From Hemiscyllium ocellatum (Eukaryota): DNA of 64,000 nt. A program made the translations under genes and the position numbers. The notes below the pieces were generated by a model that ran no database searches, was not told where the DNA came from, and worked only from the letters and a program-made list of their open reading frames with translations. This document shows, one piece after another, positions 25,801 to 36,865 of the stretch (positions are counted from its first letter, which is position 1; each line of letters begins with the position of its first letter). Location: positions 17,336,400 through 17,400,399 of the forward strand of contig NC_083416.1 of the NCBI RefSeq assembly GCF_020745735.1. Direction: 5' to 3'.

Positions 25801-27710
25801 CGTGAACTGTGGTGGTCACTGGAGCAGCCTGGTCAGCGTGAACTGTGGCGGTTGCTGGAGCAGACTGGTTGGTGTGAACTGTGGCGGTCGCTGGAGCGGC
25901 ACGGTCAGCGTGAACTGTGGCGGTCGCTGGAGCGGCCTGGTCGGCGTGAACTGTGGCCATCTCTGGAGCAGACTGGTCGGCGTGAACTGTGGTGGTCACT
26001 GGAGTGGCATGGTCAGCGTGAACTGTGGTGGTCACTGGGGCAGCCTGGTCGGCGTGAACTGTAGCCATCACTGGAGCAGACTGGTCGGTGTGAACTGTGT
26101 TGGTAGCTGGAGCAGCCTGGTTGGCATGAACTGTGTGGCCGCTGGAGTGGCATGGTCAGCAATGGCAGCACATGATGTGACGGTCATCCACGCTGGCTGA
26201 AGTGACATCACCAACCACCAGTGGAGGCGGTTCGAGTGGCTGCGTAATTCATGGCATGTGGAGGATTCTAGAGGAGGCTGGGCATGGAGTCTGATATGGT
26301 CAAGGAGTCCCAGTTTAGAGGTAAGTACAAGAGAGCTTGGTGTACTTACACTCCTTGATGTCCAATAAGCTGGTGTAAATGCATTCCTCGAGTGTGTGGA
26401 TACTTCTCAGGATGAAGAACAGCAAAGGTCCTTTGCACGTCTGGGAGAGTAAGGCCCTGAGCTGGGGCAGAGAAGACTCTAGAAAGTGTGGAGCTGAGGA
26501 TGCGGAGGGCAAACCATTTCTGGAGGCTTTGGATTTGCTGTAGGTAGCAGTTGTCCTGGTTGGATCCAAATTGAGATGGTTTGGAGTCCATGGGGGTGAG
26601 CCGGTTACTCAGTAAAGCACTGAGGAAGGAGATGCAGCTGCTGTAGCAGGATTGTTTCAGGCTGTGACTGAACAGATTCAGGGCGGCAGAGATGGCCAGG
26701 GCTGTAGTTGGAGGGACAATCACTGAGATTTTTGCAGAAGGAGGGAGGAGAATTTCTTCAAGCTGGGCATCCTTGGAAGAGGCTTCACAGTATGGTTTGC
26801 AGCAAATAAGAAACAATGGAGACTGCAGATACTAGAGAAATCAGAGCTGATAAAGCGTGGCACCTGAAAAGACACAGCAGGTCAGGCAGCATCCAACGAG
26901 CAAGAATCGACATTTTACAGGACCCTTCTTTAGGAATGGTGAGGGGGAAGGGAGTTGAGAGATAAATGGGGAGTGGGGGAAGGAAGATGGACAGTAGATC
27001 AGGTCAAGATACAGAGGGGTGGATCTGAGATGGGGTGCAAGGAAGGGAGATTTGGCAACTGATGAATTCAATGTTTTCCCTGCATGGTTGTAAATTCTTG
27101 AGGCAGAAGGGGAGGTATTCCTCCTCCATTTGCAGGTGGCCTTGTGTTAGCAATAGAGGAGCCCAGAATGGATATGTCCTTAGGGGTGTGGGAAAGGGAG
27201 TTGAAGCAGATGGCCACGGGAAGGTAGGGTTGGTTGATGCATACGGACCAGAGATGTTCCCTGAACCGGTCCACAAGTTTGCAGTTGGTCTCTCTAATGT
27301 AGAGGAGACCACATCGAGAACATTGGACACAATAAATGAGGTTGGAGGAGATACAAGTAAATCTTTGCTGGATTTGAAAAGATCCTTGGAGGCCAAGGAC
27401 TGAGGTGAGGGCACAGGTTTTGCACTTCTCATGGCAGCAGGGGAAGGTGCCACTCTTGGCACCTATCCGCTCCACCCTTCTCACCAACCTTTCACTATCA
27501 CCTCCCACCTTCACCCATCTATTGCCTGCCTTTCCCCTAGCCCCAAACGCCCCTTTCCCCCATTATCTCTCAACCCTCTTCTCCCGCCTCAGTCCCGAAG
27601 ATGGTCCTGCACGAAATGTCAATTCACTTTCTCCTCGGATGCTGCCTGACCTGCTATGCCTTTTCCAGTGCTACGTGTGATCAACTAATTTTTCTGATGT
27701 TATCAACCAA
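22805..27710 (-). mobile_element. Near-complete decayed Penelope-like retroelement (Neptune-type) with direct and inverted pLTRs
   Basis: Candidate ATG at 26770. N-terminal domain 26300-26770, repeat linker, RT 24000-24900 (LLPKIHKP, GVAMGT, YIND), Cys linker CCPKRCKTC and GIY-YIG (LIYCIRCSQCSLLYL) 23117-23689. 3' pLTR 22805-23200, second partial copy 26810-27460, inverted pLTR 27460-27710. Confidence 0.9.
25440..26160 (-). repeat. 36-bp GC-rich minisatellite inside the PLE ORF (about 13 conserved plus about 6 diverged units)
   Basis: Plus-strand unit cgtgaactgtggcggtcgctggagcagcctggtcrg; minus frame gives (VHADQAAPATAT)n. Confidence 0.92.
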
Positions 27711-28804
27711 AACATCAAAACATTCTTTTTTTTTTATGTACTGCTTTATTTTAGTTTCAGGAGAGAATCACTTCATAGTGTCTAATATCTCTTGTGTAGA
27801 TTCTATACTCCATCAAATTTTGTGATCCCAGTCAGTTGATACTACCCAGACTTGCCAAGGTAGTAACAATACTGGCTTATCAAGGAGAGTAATCATATTT
27901 CAGACACAATTTTTTTGAAAGATATGATTCTTTTGAAGAATGCACATTTGTTAAATATGCAGTGAACCACCTCTTCCGAGTTGCAAGTACCAGATTTTGA
28001 CCAATTACAGAGGCATGGCAGGGCAGAAAAGGCCCTTTATTATATCAGGTCTGCAACAACATAACTATCACTAAAGGCTCTCATCCCAATTTCCTTTATT
28101 TATCCTAAATCCTTGAATGTTATGACATTTCAAGTGCTCATCCAATTTTTTAAGCTTGGAAGATTTCCAGTCTTCACTACCTTCCCAGGTAGTGCTTTCC
28201 AGATTCTCGCCACCTGTGAGTGAAAAAGCTTTTCCCCAAACCCCTCTGAATCTCCTGCCCCTTATCCTAAGACTATGGCCCTTGTGATTGAGCCCTCAAC
28301 CAAGGGGAATAGCTGTTCCCTACTTAACCTCATGATCTTTCACACCTCAATCATGTTCTCCCTCAGCCTTCTCTGCTCTAAAAAACAAACAATCCAAGTC
28401 TTTCAAAGTCTTTCCTTATAGCTCAGTTGCTCCATACCAGGCAACATCTGGTGAACTTCCTCTGCACCCTCTCTAGTGCTATCATGTCTTTCCTGTACTA
28501 AGACGACCATAACTGCACACAGTACTCCCAAATCCTAAGCAACACTGTGTGCAACTCCAATACTATGTCCTTGCTCTTATACTCTATGCCATGACTGATG
28601 AAATAAAGGATCCTATATGTCTTCTTAACTATCTCATTCACGTGTTCTGCCAATTTCAGGGATCTATGAAAACTTACCCCAAGATCCCTCTGTTTCTCTC
28701 AGCTACCCAGTGTCCTACCATACATCAAATGCTCTCTCATCTTGTTTACTCTTCCAAAGTTCGTCATTTTGTAGTTATCAGAGTGAAACTCCATCTGCTA
28801 CTAA

Positions 28805-29467
28805 CACTCTAGCTGCTCTTCTTATTTTCTTCTTTTGGAACTTTATTTGTCTCAATTCTTTTCCCTTCAACTCCCGGCTTTTGAGGCCAACCCCCTGAGG
28901 CTACCCCTGGCGAGAAGCAACAGTCCCCTTACTCCAGCAAGCAACAATCCTCAGTCTCCAGCAAGCAAGGATTCCCGGCCTCCAGCAATGACTCGCAGCC
29001 AGGCATGGCAGCCTCCTGGGTTGGCATAGCTACCTCCCAGCCTGGTGCAGCCTCCTTCTGCAGGGGACTCCCAGCATGGCATGGCGACCTCCCAGCCTGA
29101 TGCAGCAGCCTCCTCCCATGGGGCTTCCTAGCATGGCATGGTATTCTCCCAGCCTGGCACAGCAGCCTTCTTTAGTAGAGGCGTTCCAGCATGGTGTGGT
29201 GACCTTCTGGCCTCCTGCAGCGGCCTGCCGGGATGGCATGTCGCCAGGACAGTGTGTCGCCAAGGTCCAGGGCTGACTGGAAGCTAATTGACAGAGTGGT
29301 CTGCTGTACTTAACTCTCTTCTGTAATGCTGGACATTTTATTTCTGCAACAAATCTTGGAACAAAACAAGCTGTGCCTAGGTACTGTTATGTTTAAGTCA
29401 GTGCTGTATGTGGCGACATTAAACCTTTCACTATGCTCACTGAGTATATAGACAATTCTATTCTATT
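28805..29467 (+). mobile_element. Non-autonomous retroposon with internal ~57-bp tandem repeats and Rex1-like tail
   Basis: About 3.5 copies of tggcatgg.gacctcccagcctg.tgcagc at 29022-29230. 3' end aaacctttcactatgctcactgagtatatagacaa(ttcta)n resembles the Rex1 tail at 41360-41420. Confidence 0.5.
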
Positions 29468-29771
29468 CTACCCAGTGTCCTGCCATACATTAAATGCTCC
29501 CTCATCTTGTTTCTTCTTCCAAAGTGCATCTACCCATCAGACTAAGCAATTTATATCTTCCTGTAACCTCCACCCGTCATCTTCACTATTTATTAACCAT
29601 GCTACTAATCTTGGCGTACTGCAAACTTGATTGACATTCTCTCAACATTTTAATCTATATCATTTCTATACATTACATATAATAAAATCCCTTTACAGAT
29701 ATACTGCTGGATACCAGCCTCTCGTTACTCAAACCACCTTCTACCACTATCCTTTTGTGTCCTATTGCAAA

Positions 29772-29905
29772 TGATTCCTGATGAAGGGCTTATGCCCGAA
29801 ATGTCGAATTTCCTATTCCTTGGATGCTGCCTGACCTGCTGTGCTTTAACCAGCAACACATTTTCAGCTATGATCGCCAGCATCTGCAGACCTCATTTTT
29901 TTACC
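29772..29905 (+). mobile_element. 134-bp mini-PLE insert with exact 14-bp TSD
   Basis: TSD tgtcctattgcaaa at 29758-29771 and 29906-29919; splits the CR1 RT sequence. Confidence 0.9.
29773..29810 (+). ncRNA. Minimal type-I hammerhead ribozyme motif
   Basis: GATTC-CTGATGA-A-GGGC-TTAT-GCCC-GAAA-TGTC-GAATT: stem I ATTC/GAAT, 4-bp stem II, GTC cleavage triplet (cut after 29805). ACGT palindrome decayed to ATGT. Confidence 0.75.
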
Positions 29906-32819
29906 TGTCCTATTGCAAAGCCAGATTCTGATCCATCTTGCAAAGTTTCCCCAAATTCCAAGTGCTTTAACCTTCACAATCGATCTCCCAAATGTGACCT
30001 TATCAAAAGCTTTGCTAAAGTCCATGTAAATTTCATCAACTGAGCTTTTCTCATCCACACACTTGGATCACATTTTCGAAAAATTCTAACAGATTTGTGA
30101 GGTATGACCTTCGTGTGTCAAAACCATGCTGACTATTCCAAATTAGCCCATGCTTTTCCAAGTAAATATTAATTCTGTCCTTCAGAATTTTCTCCAATAG
30201 TTTTCCTCCCATTGACATGTGACTCAACGGTTTGTAATTTCCTGGTTTACCTCTACCAACTTTCTTGAAAAGGGAAACCATATTAGCCATCCTCCAGTCC
30301 TCTGGCACCACTCCCACAAATTTGAAATATGTGTCAGAGCTCCTGCAATTTCCTGCCTCAACTCCGGCAGCAGCCTAGGAAGTAATTCATCCAGGAAGGG
30401 GATCTGTCCATTTTTAAATTCATCAGACTTCAATACCTCCCCACTTCCTCTGTCAAACTAGGCAGGTTCCTTACAGTCCCTTTTGCTGAATTCTACATCT
30501 CATCTTTTTTTCCCGAGTGAAGACCAAAGAAAAGTATTCATTTAACATCCCTTCAGTATCCCACAGATATATACAAAGATTCCTCTCTTGGTCCCTAATG
30601 CTTCTTAAACTTTTCCTGGTGAACATTTCCCCTTTGACATATTTATAAAGTATTTTAGGATTTTCTCGAATCCTGTTTGTAAATCCTTCATCATGCCCCT
30701 TTTTGCTCCTCTAATTGTTCTCTTAAGTCCTCTTTTGCACTTCCCATATTCCTCTAGGACAACTGAATTGCTCCCTGTGGACTTGCAAAAAGCCTTTCTC
30801 TTCTTCCTCATTCAATCCTGAATTGCCCTAGACATCCAGTGTTCCCTAACCTTTTTGCTCCTATATTTCCCCCTAAAGAGTGTATGTTGGACCTGTACTC
30901 TCCCAGCTCCTTTTTTGAATGCCCAACTGCAGCCACAAGGAGTGTTCCCAGTCAACTTTGGTCAGATTCTGCTTCCCTCAATCCAAAGCCATGTTTTGTT
31001 GTCCATTTTTCTCTTTATCCATCACAAACTTGAAACATACCATATTGTGAATACTATAGCTAAAATGATTCTCCCGCTGCCACATTGAAGCCAAGCAAGT
31101 GTTCATTCTCCAGAACTAAATCTAGCACGGCACTATCCCTTATTGGGCCATCCTATCTATTGATACAAAAAGCTCCCCTGGATACATTTAAGAAATCCAC
31201 CCACTCTGAACTCTTAATACTATGACTATCTCAACTAATGTTGAGAAAGTTGAAACTCGCTAGTATAATTACCTGATTATTACTCTTACATACCTCTATG
31301 AAGTGTCAAAATGCTTTCTCCTTATTTGCTGCTGACTCTTTGGGTGTCTATCATATACTCCCAATAACGTAACTGCCCCTTGAATGTTAAGTTCTACCCT
31401 GAAGCTTTGTTTGAAGACCCTTCCAAGATATCATCTCTCCATGCAGTAACTGATTACTTGATTAGTAGTGCTACTCTACTGACCATTTTACACCCTCATT
31501 CATCTCACCTAAAGATCCTACACCATGGAATGTTGAGTTGCCAGTCCTGCCTTTCCTGCAACCATATTTTTCTGATGGCAAACATATCATGCTTCCATGT
31601 GTTAATGCACGTTTCTACCTCATCAGTCTTACCTTTTACACTCCTAGCAATGAAGACTATCTAGCCTACCTTACTCTCTTGACACTCAATATAGATGAAC
31701 TCACTCTGACTTGCTTCCTTGGCTGTAGCACGATGTGTCCATATTTCACTAATATTCTGTGCCCCCTCCCTCTGCCTTTAAATCTCACAACTTTTAAAGT
31801 ATATTTTAATAGTTTATTGACTATAATTGAATCAGTGCTTAGTTCAGTAAAATATACAGCTTTTATTTATTCCTGCCCCAGATAATAAGCAGTGCACCTT
31901 CAAAGAAATAGCACAGAGAATGGAGAGTAAGGGTACTAAATATGTTTAATAATTTACTATAATTAATAACAGAGCCAGAGGAAAATCTGAATAATAAGAC
32001 AGGCGCTAAGATGTCTGAGAATGCTAAAACTAGTCTACTTTGTGAATGAGATCTGCAAGAACATTATATATATTGATCATCCTACTCAGGACATAGTCAT
32101 TTTTCCAAAAACTCTGAGAACACAAAATATTAGGGACAATAAAAGAAACTATCCCATTATCACATTTTCCTAGATTCCCTTAGTCTCTTACGATGACTGA
32201 TACCAGAAATAAATAAACACAATAACAGGCTTGATTCCAAATCAGCAACACTATTAATGTGGCATTGTGGCCAGGATTTTTCACCAAGCCTTGCATTGAT
32301 TTTTGGGATATGACTTGAGAAAGCATGGGACTGACACATTCTGGCAGTTTATAATTCCGGCAGATTTCCTTCCTGAAATAAATGAATTGAACAGATATTA
32401 CAATGGCAGGAACTTGCCATGGCCCACTGAAATAACCTGGCATGGACTGATCAGCAGAAAGTGCCTGCAGCACAATATTTAAAATGTTAATTTGCATCTT
32501 TAAACTTAGCAGTAAATCTACGTTCTGAGATCTGGCGAAGTAATTTTCTATTACTCTACATGTGCTCCACCACACCAGCAATTCTGAATTCTGGAACATT
32601 GAATTTACAATTTCCTCATCCCCAAGACCTGTTGCACTAAATATTTAACTTACCTGCAATATGACCTCTTGTTCAAATTCTTCACCCACTCTTTCATCCA
32701 AAACCATGCTGCTCTGAGACCATTTGAACTCAATATCCAACTTCTCCAAAACCTGCCACTGAGACTTCTGTTCTCTCAGCCAAGGTGATCAGCAGTCAAT
32801 GAAGTACCATTTTCTACCC

Positions 32820-34512
32820 ATAAAGGGATACGTGTGTTTTAACAAGGTGTAACTGAGGTCTTAAACGAATACATTGCTTCAGTATTCACCAAAGAAAAGG
32901 AATTGGTGGAGGATGATCTCAGGAAAGGGAGTTTGGAATTTCTAAGCCAAGTTATGGTTAAAAATGAAGAAGTATTGCGCGTCTCTAAAAGTATTAAGGT
33001 AGATAAGTCCCTGGAACCTGATGGGATCTATCCCAGAATACTGAGTGATGAAAGAGATCAAATTGCTAGTGCATTGACATACATATTTGTATCCTCTTTC
33101 GTTACAGGCGAGGTCCCAGAAGACTGGAGAATACCTAATGTTGTCCCATTGTTTATGGGTAGAAGGGATAACCCTGGAAATTACAAGCCTATGAGCCTCA
33201 CATCAGTGGTAGGGATATTATTGGAAAAGTTTCTCAGGGACAAGATCCATAAGCAGTTCGAAGCAAATAGACTGATTAACTATAAACAGCATGGTTTTGT
33301 CTGGGGGAGGTCATGCCTCATTAACGTGATCAAGGTTTTGAGGTGACGAAGATGACTGATGAGGAAAAAACAGTTGACGAGGTCTACTTTTGACGAGGTC
33401 ACTCATGGCAGACTTGTACGAAAGGTGAAGTCACATGGCATCAGGGTAAGCTGGCAAGATAGATACAGAACTCTCATTGAAGACAGAGTAGCGGTGGAAG
33501 GACAGTTTTCATAATGGAAGGCCATGGCTAGTGGTGTTACACAGTGATCAGTGCTAGGATCTCCACTGTTCATGATCTCCATAAATGATTTGGAGGATAA
33601 TGTAGTTGGTCTAACTAATAAGTCTGCAGGCAGTACAATGATTGGTGAAGTTGCGGATAGTGAGGAGGATTGTCAGCAGGATATAGGTCAGTTAGAGATA
33701 TGGGCAGAAAAATGGCAGGTGAAGTTTAATCTGGACAAATGTGAGGTGAAGCATTTGGAAGGTTAAGTGTGGGGGAAATTATATAGTGAATGGCAGAACC
33801 CTTAGGAGTATTGGTATGCAGAGGGATCCGGGTGTTCTGGTCCATAGATCACTGAAGTGGCAGCACAGGTCGAAAAAGTAGTAAAAAAAGGCTTATTGCA
33901 TGCTTGCCTTCATTAGAAGGGACATTGAGTATAAGGATAGATAAGTTATGCTGCAGTTTTGTTGAACATTAGTAAGGTCACACTTTGAATATTGCGTTTA
34001 ATTCTGGTCACCACACTGCCAGAAGGATGTGGTTCTTTGGAGTGGGTACAGAAAAGGTTTACCAGGATGTTGCCTGGTATGGGGGATTTTAATTTTGAAG
34101 AAAGGTTGGGTTAGTTTTCACTGGAACACAGATCATTGAGGAACAACTTGAGAGAAGTTTATAAGATTTTGAATGGAATGGACAGAGTGGAAAATATGAG
34201 GATTTTTCTCAGGGTGAAGGGATCAATTACTGGAGGACACAGGTTCAAGGTGTGAGGAGGGAAGTTTAAAAGAAATGTGCCAGGCACATTTTTCACACAA
34301 AGGGTAATCAGTGCCTAGAATGCATTGCTAGAGGTGATGGTGGAAGCAGCCACAATAGCAGTATTCAAGAAGCACTGGGTGAATACATGAATAGGATGAG
34401 AATAGATCCTATAAGTGAAGACAATTTTAATATGAAAGGGCAACGTGTGTCGATGCAGAACTGGAGGGCTGAAGGGCCTGTTCCTGTGCTGTATTGTTCA
34501 TTTTTTTTGTTC
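32820..34512 (+). mobile_element. 5'-truncated CR1 LINE (RT to 3' end)
   Basis: ORF 32903-33346 IKVDKSLEPDGIYPRIL...VPEDWRIPNVVPLF...PGNYKPMSLTSVVG; tail gctgaagggcctgttcctgtgctgtattgttc. Confidence 0.9.
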
Positions 34513-34614
34513 TAACGTCAGCAGGGCATTCATTTGGAGAATTTAGTACACATAAGCCTGATTCTGTCATTGACTTACAATGCATTTAAATGTAGAAATC
34601 ACAGCCAAAATACA

Positions 34615-34706
34615 AAGTTAAAAATCACACAACATCAGGTTATAGTCCAACAGGTTGATTTGGAAGCACTAGCTTTCGGAGCGCTGCTCCTTCATCAGGT
34701 GGTTGT
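34615..34706 (-). mobile_element. ~92-bp mini-PLE insert of a second family
   Basis: aaaaatcacacaacatcaggttatagtccaacagg...ttcatcaggtggttgtg, flanked by gccaaaataca (34604-34614) and gccaaaattaca (34707-34718). Confidence 0.8.
34664..34704 (-). ncRNA. Intact minimal type-I hammerhead ribozyme motif
   Basis: Minus strand AACCAC-CTGATGA-A-GGAGC-AGC-GCTCC-GAAA-GCTA-GTGCTT: full core, 5-bp stem II, AGCT palindrome, CTA triplet, stem I CAC/GTG extendable past one mismatch. Confidence 0.8.
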
Positions 34707-34720
34707 GCCAAAATTACAGT

Positions 34721-35475
34721 TGTTATGAAGATGAAGGTGTGTACTGTACTTTTAAGAGAGAGAGAATGCTATTCTGAACTGAGAAGTTACAAGCACCTGA
34801 GTATATGACTAGATAGCAGTCCCAGAATGAACTGGAAATTGAAAAGATGTAACATCTGGCTGTGAAGTGGATACCTGAGTTTTGGGTGCTGTTTTAACCA
34901 GTTTAAAATATGCCCCAGGATACTAAGATCCAATCAAGTTTGAATTTATTGTTTTGCCAACATCAAACCATTGAGACGATGTGATGTTGAGAGTATAAAG
35001 ATTGTGTGCATTTTGAAAATTGGAGAGAGTAACTGCCATCAAGATAGAAAAGCATGGAGATCGAACATCTTGCTCTCCAGGAAATTAGAAAGCATTCTCT
35101 ATCGAAAGTACCTTTTTGTATGAAACATACTTGTAGTTAAAAAAAAGACAACTCAAGGAGATCCTCAGCCGGAAGAAGAAAGACACCAAAGACAACCGCA
35201 GCTGTGTGCTTAAATTAAGTTGATTTAGTTTAATAATTGTAATATTGGAACAGCATATTTTTATAGAGTTGAAGGCAGATAATAAGTAATTAAGAGAGGG
35301 GCTTAGAATTGTGAATAGCTGTTTAATGTTCTCTTTTATAGTTAAAAAAAACTGATGTTATTTTCATTAAATAGTGGAATTTGAGAGTTCTCGGTCATTC
35401 ATATTTTAACAGATCAAGAGGTGATCGAGGGTGTTTGATTTAATTAACAGAGAGCTTCACCTCTGTGTCGTAACA
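34721..35475 (+). mobile_element. Solo LTR (~755 bp)
   Basis: Termini TGTTATG...CGTAACA (inverted), TATA-like gagtataaag ~34991, attaaa ~35367; no clean TSD seen. Confidence 0.7.
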
Positions 35476-35720
35476 GTATAGTAAACAGAAAGGAAATTTG
35501 GTCTGAATTCAGTGCTCTTTAGTCAAACATGCCACAGATAACTGTAGCAACACAACTACCAAATGGTTCTCGTCAGTTAAGGCCATTAGTCATAGCCTTC
35601 ATATTGGATACCAGTGCCAGTGGATAAATGACATTCAGCAAAAAGAAAACAATGAAATAAAACATCTGTAATCAATTCCTCTGGTGATATGAAGTGGAGT
35701 CACAAGAATAATCTACTCAC

Positions 35721-35811
35721 TGACGTCAATTCTTTGTTGCAGTGGTAATGGATTCACCCGAGTCACAAGCTTTGTAAGGCATGTTGCTGCCAACAGTTGA
35801 GCATATGAAGT
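35721..35811 (-). CDS. RANBP17: RANBP17 coding exon 3 (not in the ORF track)
   Basis: 91-nt exon, acceptor ttatcatag|ACT, donor GTCA|gtgagt. Encodes [30 protein letters not shown]+1 nt, in frame with exon 2. The TSYAQ start and 30-codon length fit RANBP17 rather than XPO7, which is one residue longer here. Confidence 0.93.
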
Positions 35812-35949
35812 CTATGATAAAAAATAATTAAAAGTTATCTATTAACACAAACAGCTGGGCTTTTCTGTCAGACATTCCAATAATGGCTCTAGTGAAATAG
35901 GAATACAGAGCATAAATCAAAACAACAAACATATCAACATGCAAATATA

Positions 35950-36865
35950 CAAATGAAGAACAAGAATAGGTCACACAGTCCTTTGAGCTTGCTCCACCAT
36001 TCAATAAGATCATTGCTGATTTGAATTTAAATCTCAACTCAAATTCCTGCATACCCCCAACAATCATTCATCTCCTCGGGAATCAAGACTTATCTATCTC
36101 TGTCTTAAATATAGAGTTATAGAGATGTACAGCATGGAAACAGACTCTTCGGTCCAAGCTATGCATACTGCCCAGACATCCCAACCCAATCTAGTCCCAC
36201 ATCGCTCCAAACCCTTGCTATTCATATATTCATCCAAATGCCTCTGAAATGTTGCAATTGTACCAGTCTCTACCACTTCCTCTGGCAGCTCATTCCATAC
36301 ATGAAGTGCAGGCAATATTCAAACAGTGGCCTAACCAATATCCTGTACAACCGAAACATGACCTCCCAACTCCTGCATTCAATACTCTGACCAATAAAGG
36401 AAAGCATACCAAACGCCTTCTTCACTATCCTATCTACCTGCGACTCCACTTTCAAGGCGCTATGAACCTGCACTCCATGGTCTCTTTGTACAGCAACACT
36501 GCCTAGGACCTTACCATGTATAAGTCCTGCTGAGATTTGCTTTCCCAAAATGCAGCACCTCACATTTATCTAAATGAAACTCCATCTGCCACTTCTCAGC
36601 CCATTGGCCCATCTGGTCCAGATCCTGTTGTAATCTGAAGTAACCCTCTTCGCTGTCCACTACAACTCCAATTTTGGTGTCATCTGCAAACTTACTAACT
36701 GTACCTCTTATGTTCGCATCCAAATCATTTATGTAAATGACAAAAAGTAGAGGACCCAGCACTGATCCTTGTGGCACTCCACTGGTAACAGGCCTCTGAA
36801 ATACAACCCTCCACCACCACCCTCTGTCTTCAACATTTGAGCCAGTTCTGTATCCAAATTGCTAT
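35950..36865 (-). mobile_element. CR1 3' tail plus HER1-type CR1 LINE 3' part
   Basis: Minus ORFs PQGSVLGPLLFVIYINDLD...SKFADDTKIG and KKAFGMLSFIGQSIECRSWEVM; HER1 tail at ~36113. Confidence 0.9.

Larger units (their letters stand above)
28000..31790 (-). mobile_element. Long decayed CR1 LINE (endonuclease to 3' end) with nested inserts
   Basis: Minus ORFs VPEDWRMANMVSLFKK...PGNYKPLS...SQHGF...LTNLLEFFE and IYMDFSKAFDKV; endonuclease remnants at 31100-31650. Confidence 0.85.

Noticed and set aside
25661-26200. Cys/Gly/Trp-rich repeat ORFs on the plus strand (VNCGGRWSSLV)n, or a CRISPR-like array
   Set aside because: Antisense reading of a 36-bp tandem repeat inside a PLE. Units are contiguous with no unique spacers, and the DNA is eukaryotic.
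32654-32752. Minus-strand pseudo-exon (cag|GTT...TTGCAG|gtaagt, 99 nt, open frame) as RANBP17 exon 4
   Set aside because: Peptide VLEKLDIEFKWSQ...EVILQ does not resemble exon 4 (NYILNY...KLGWF...FLQ). The phase is incompatible with exon 3, there is no polypyrimidine tract, and it looks L2-derived.
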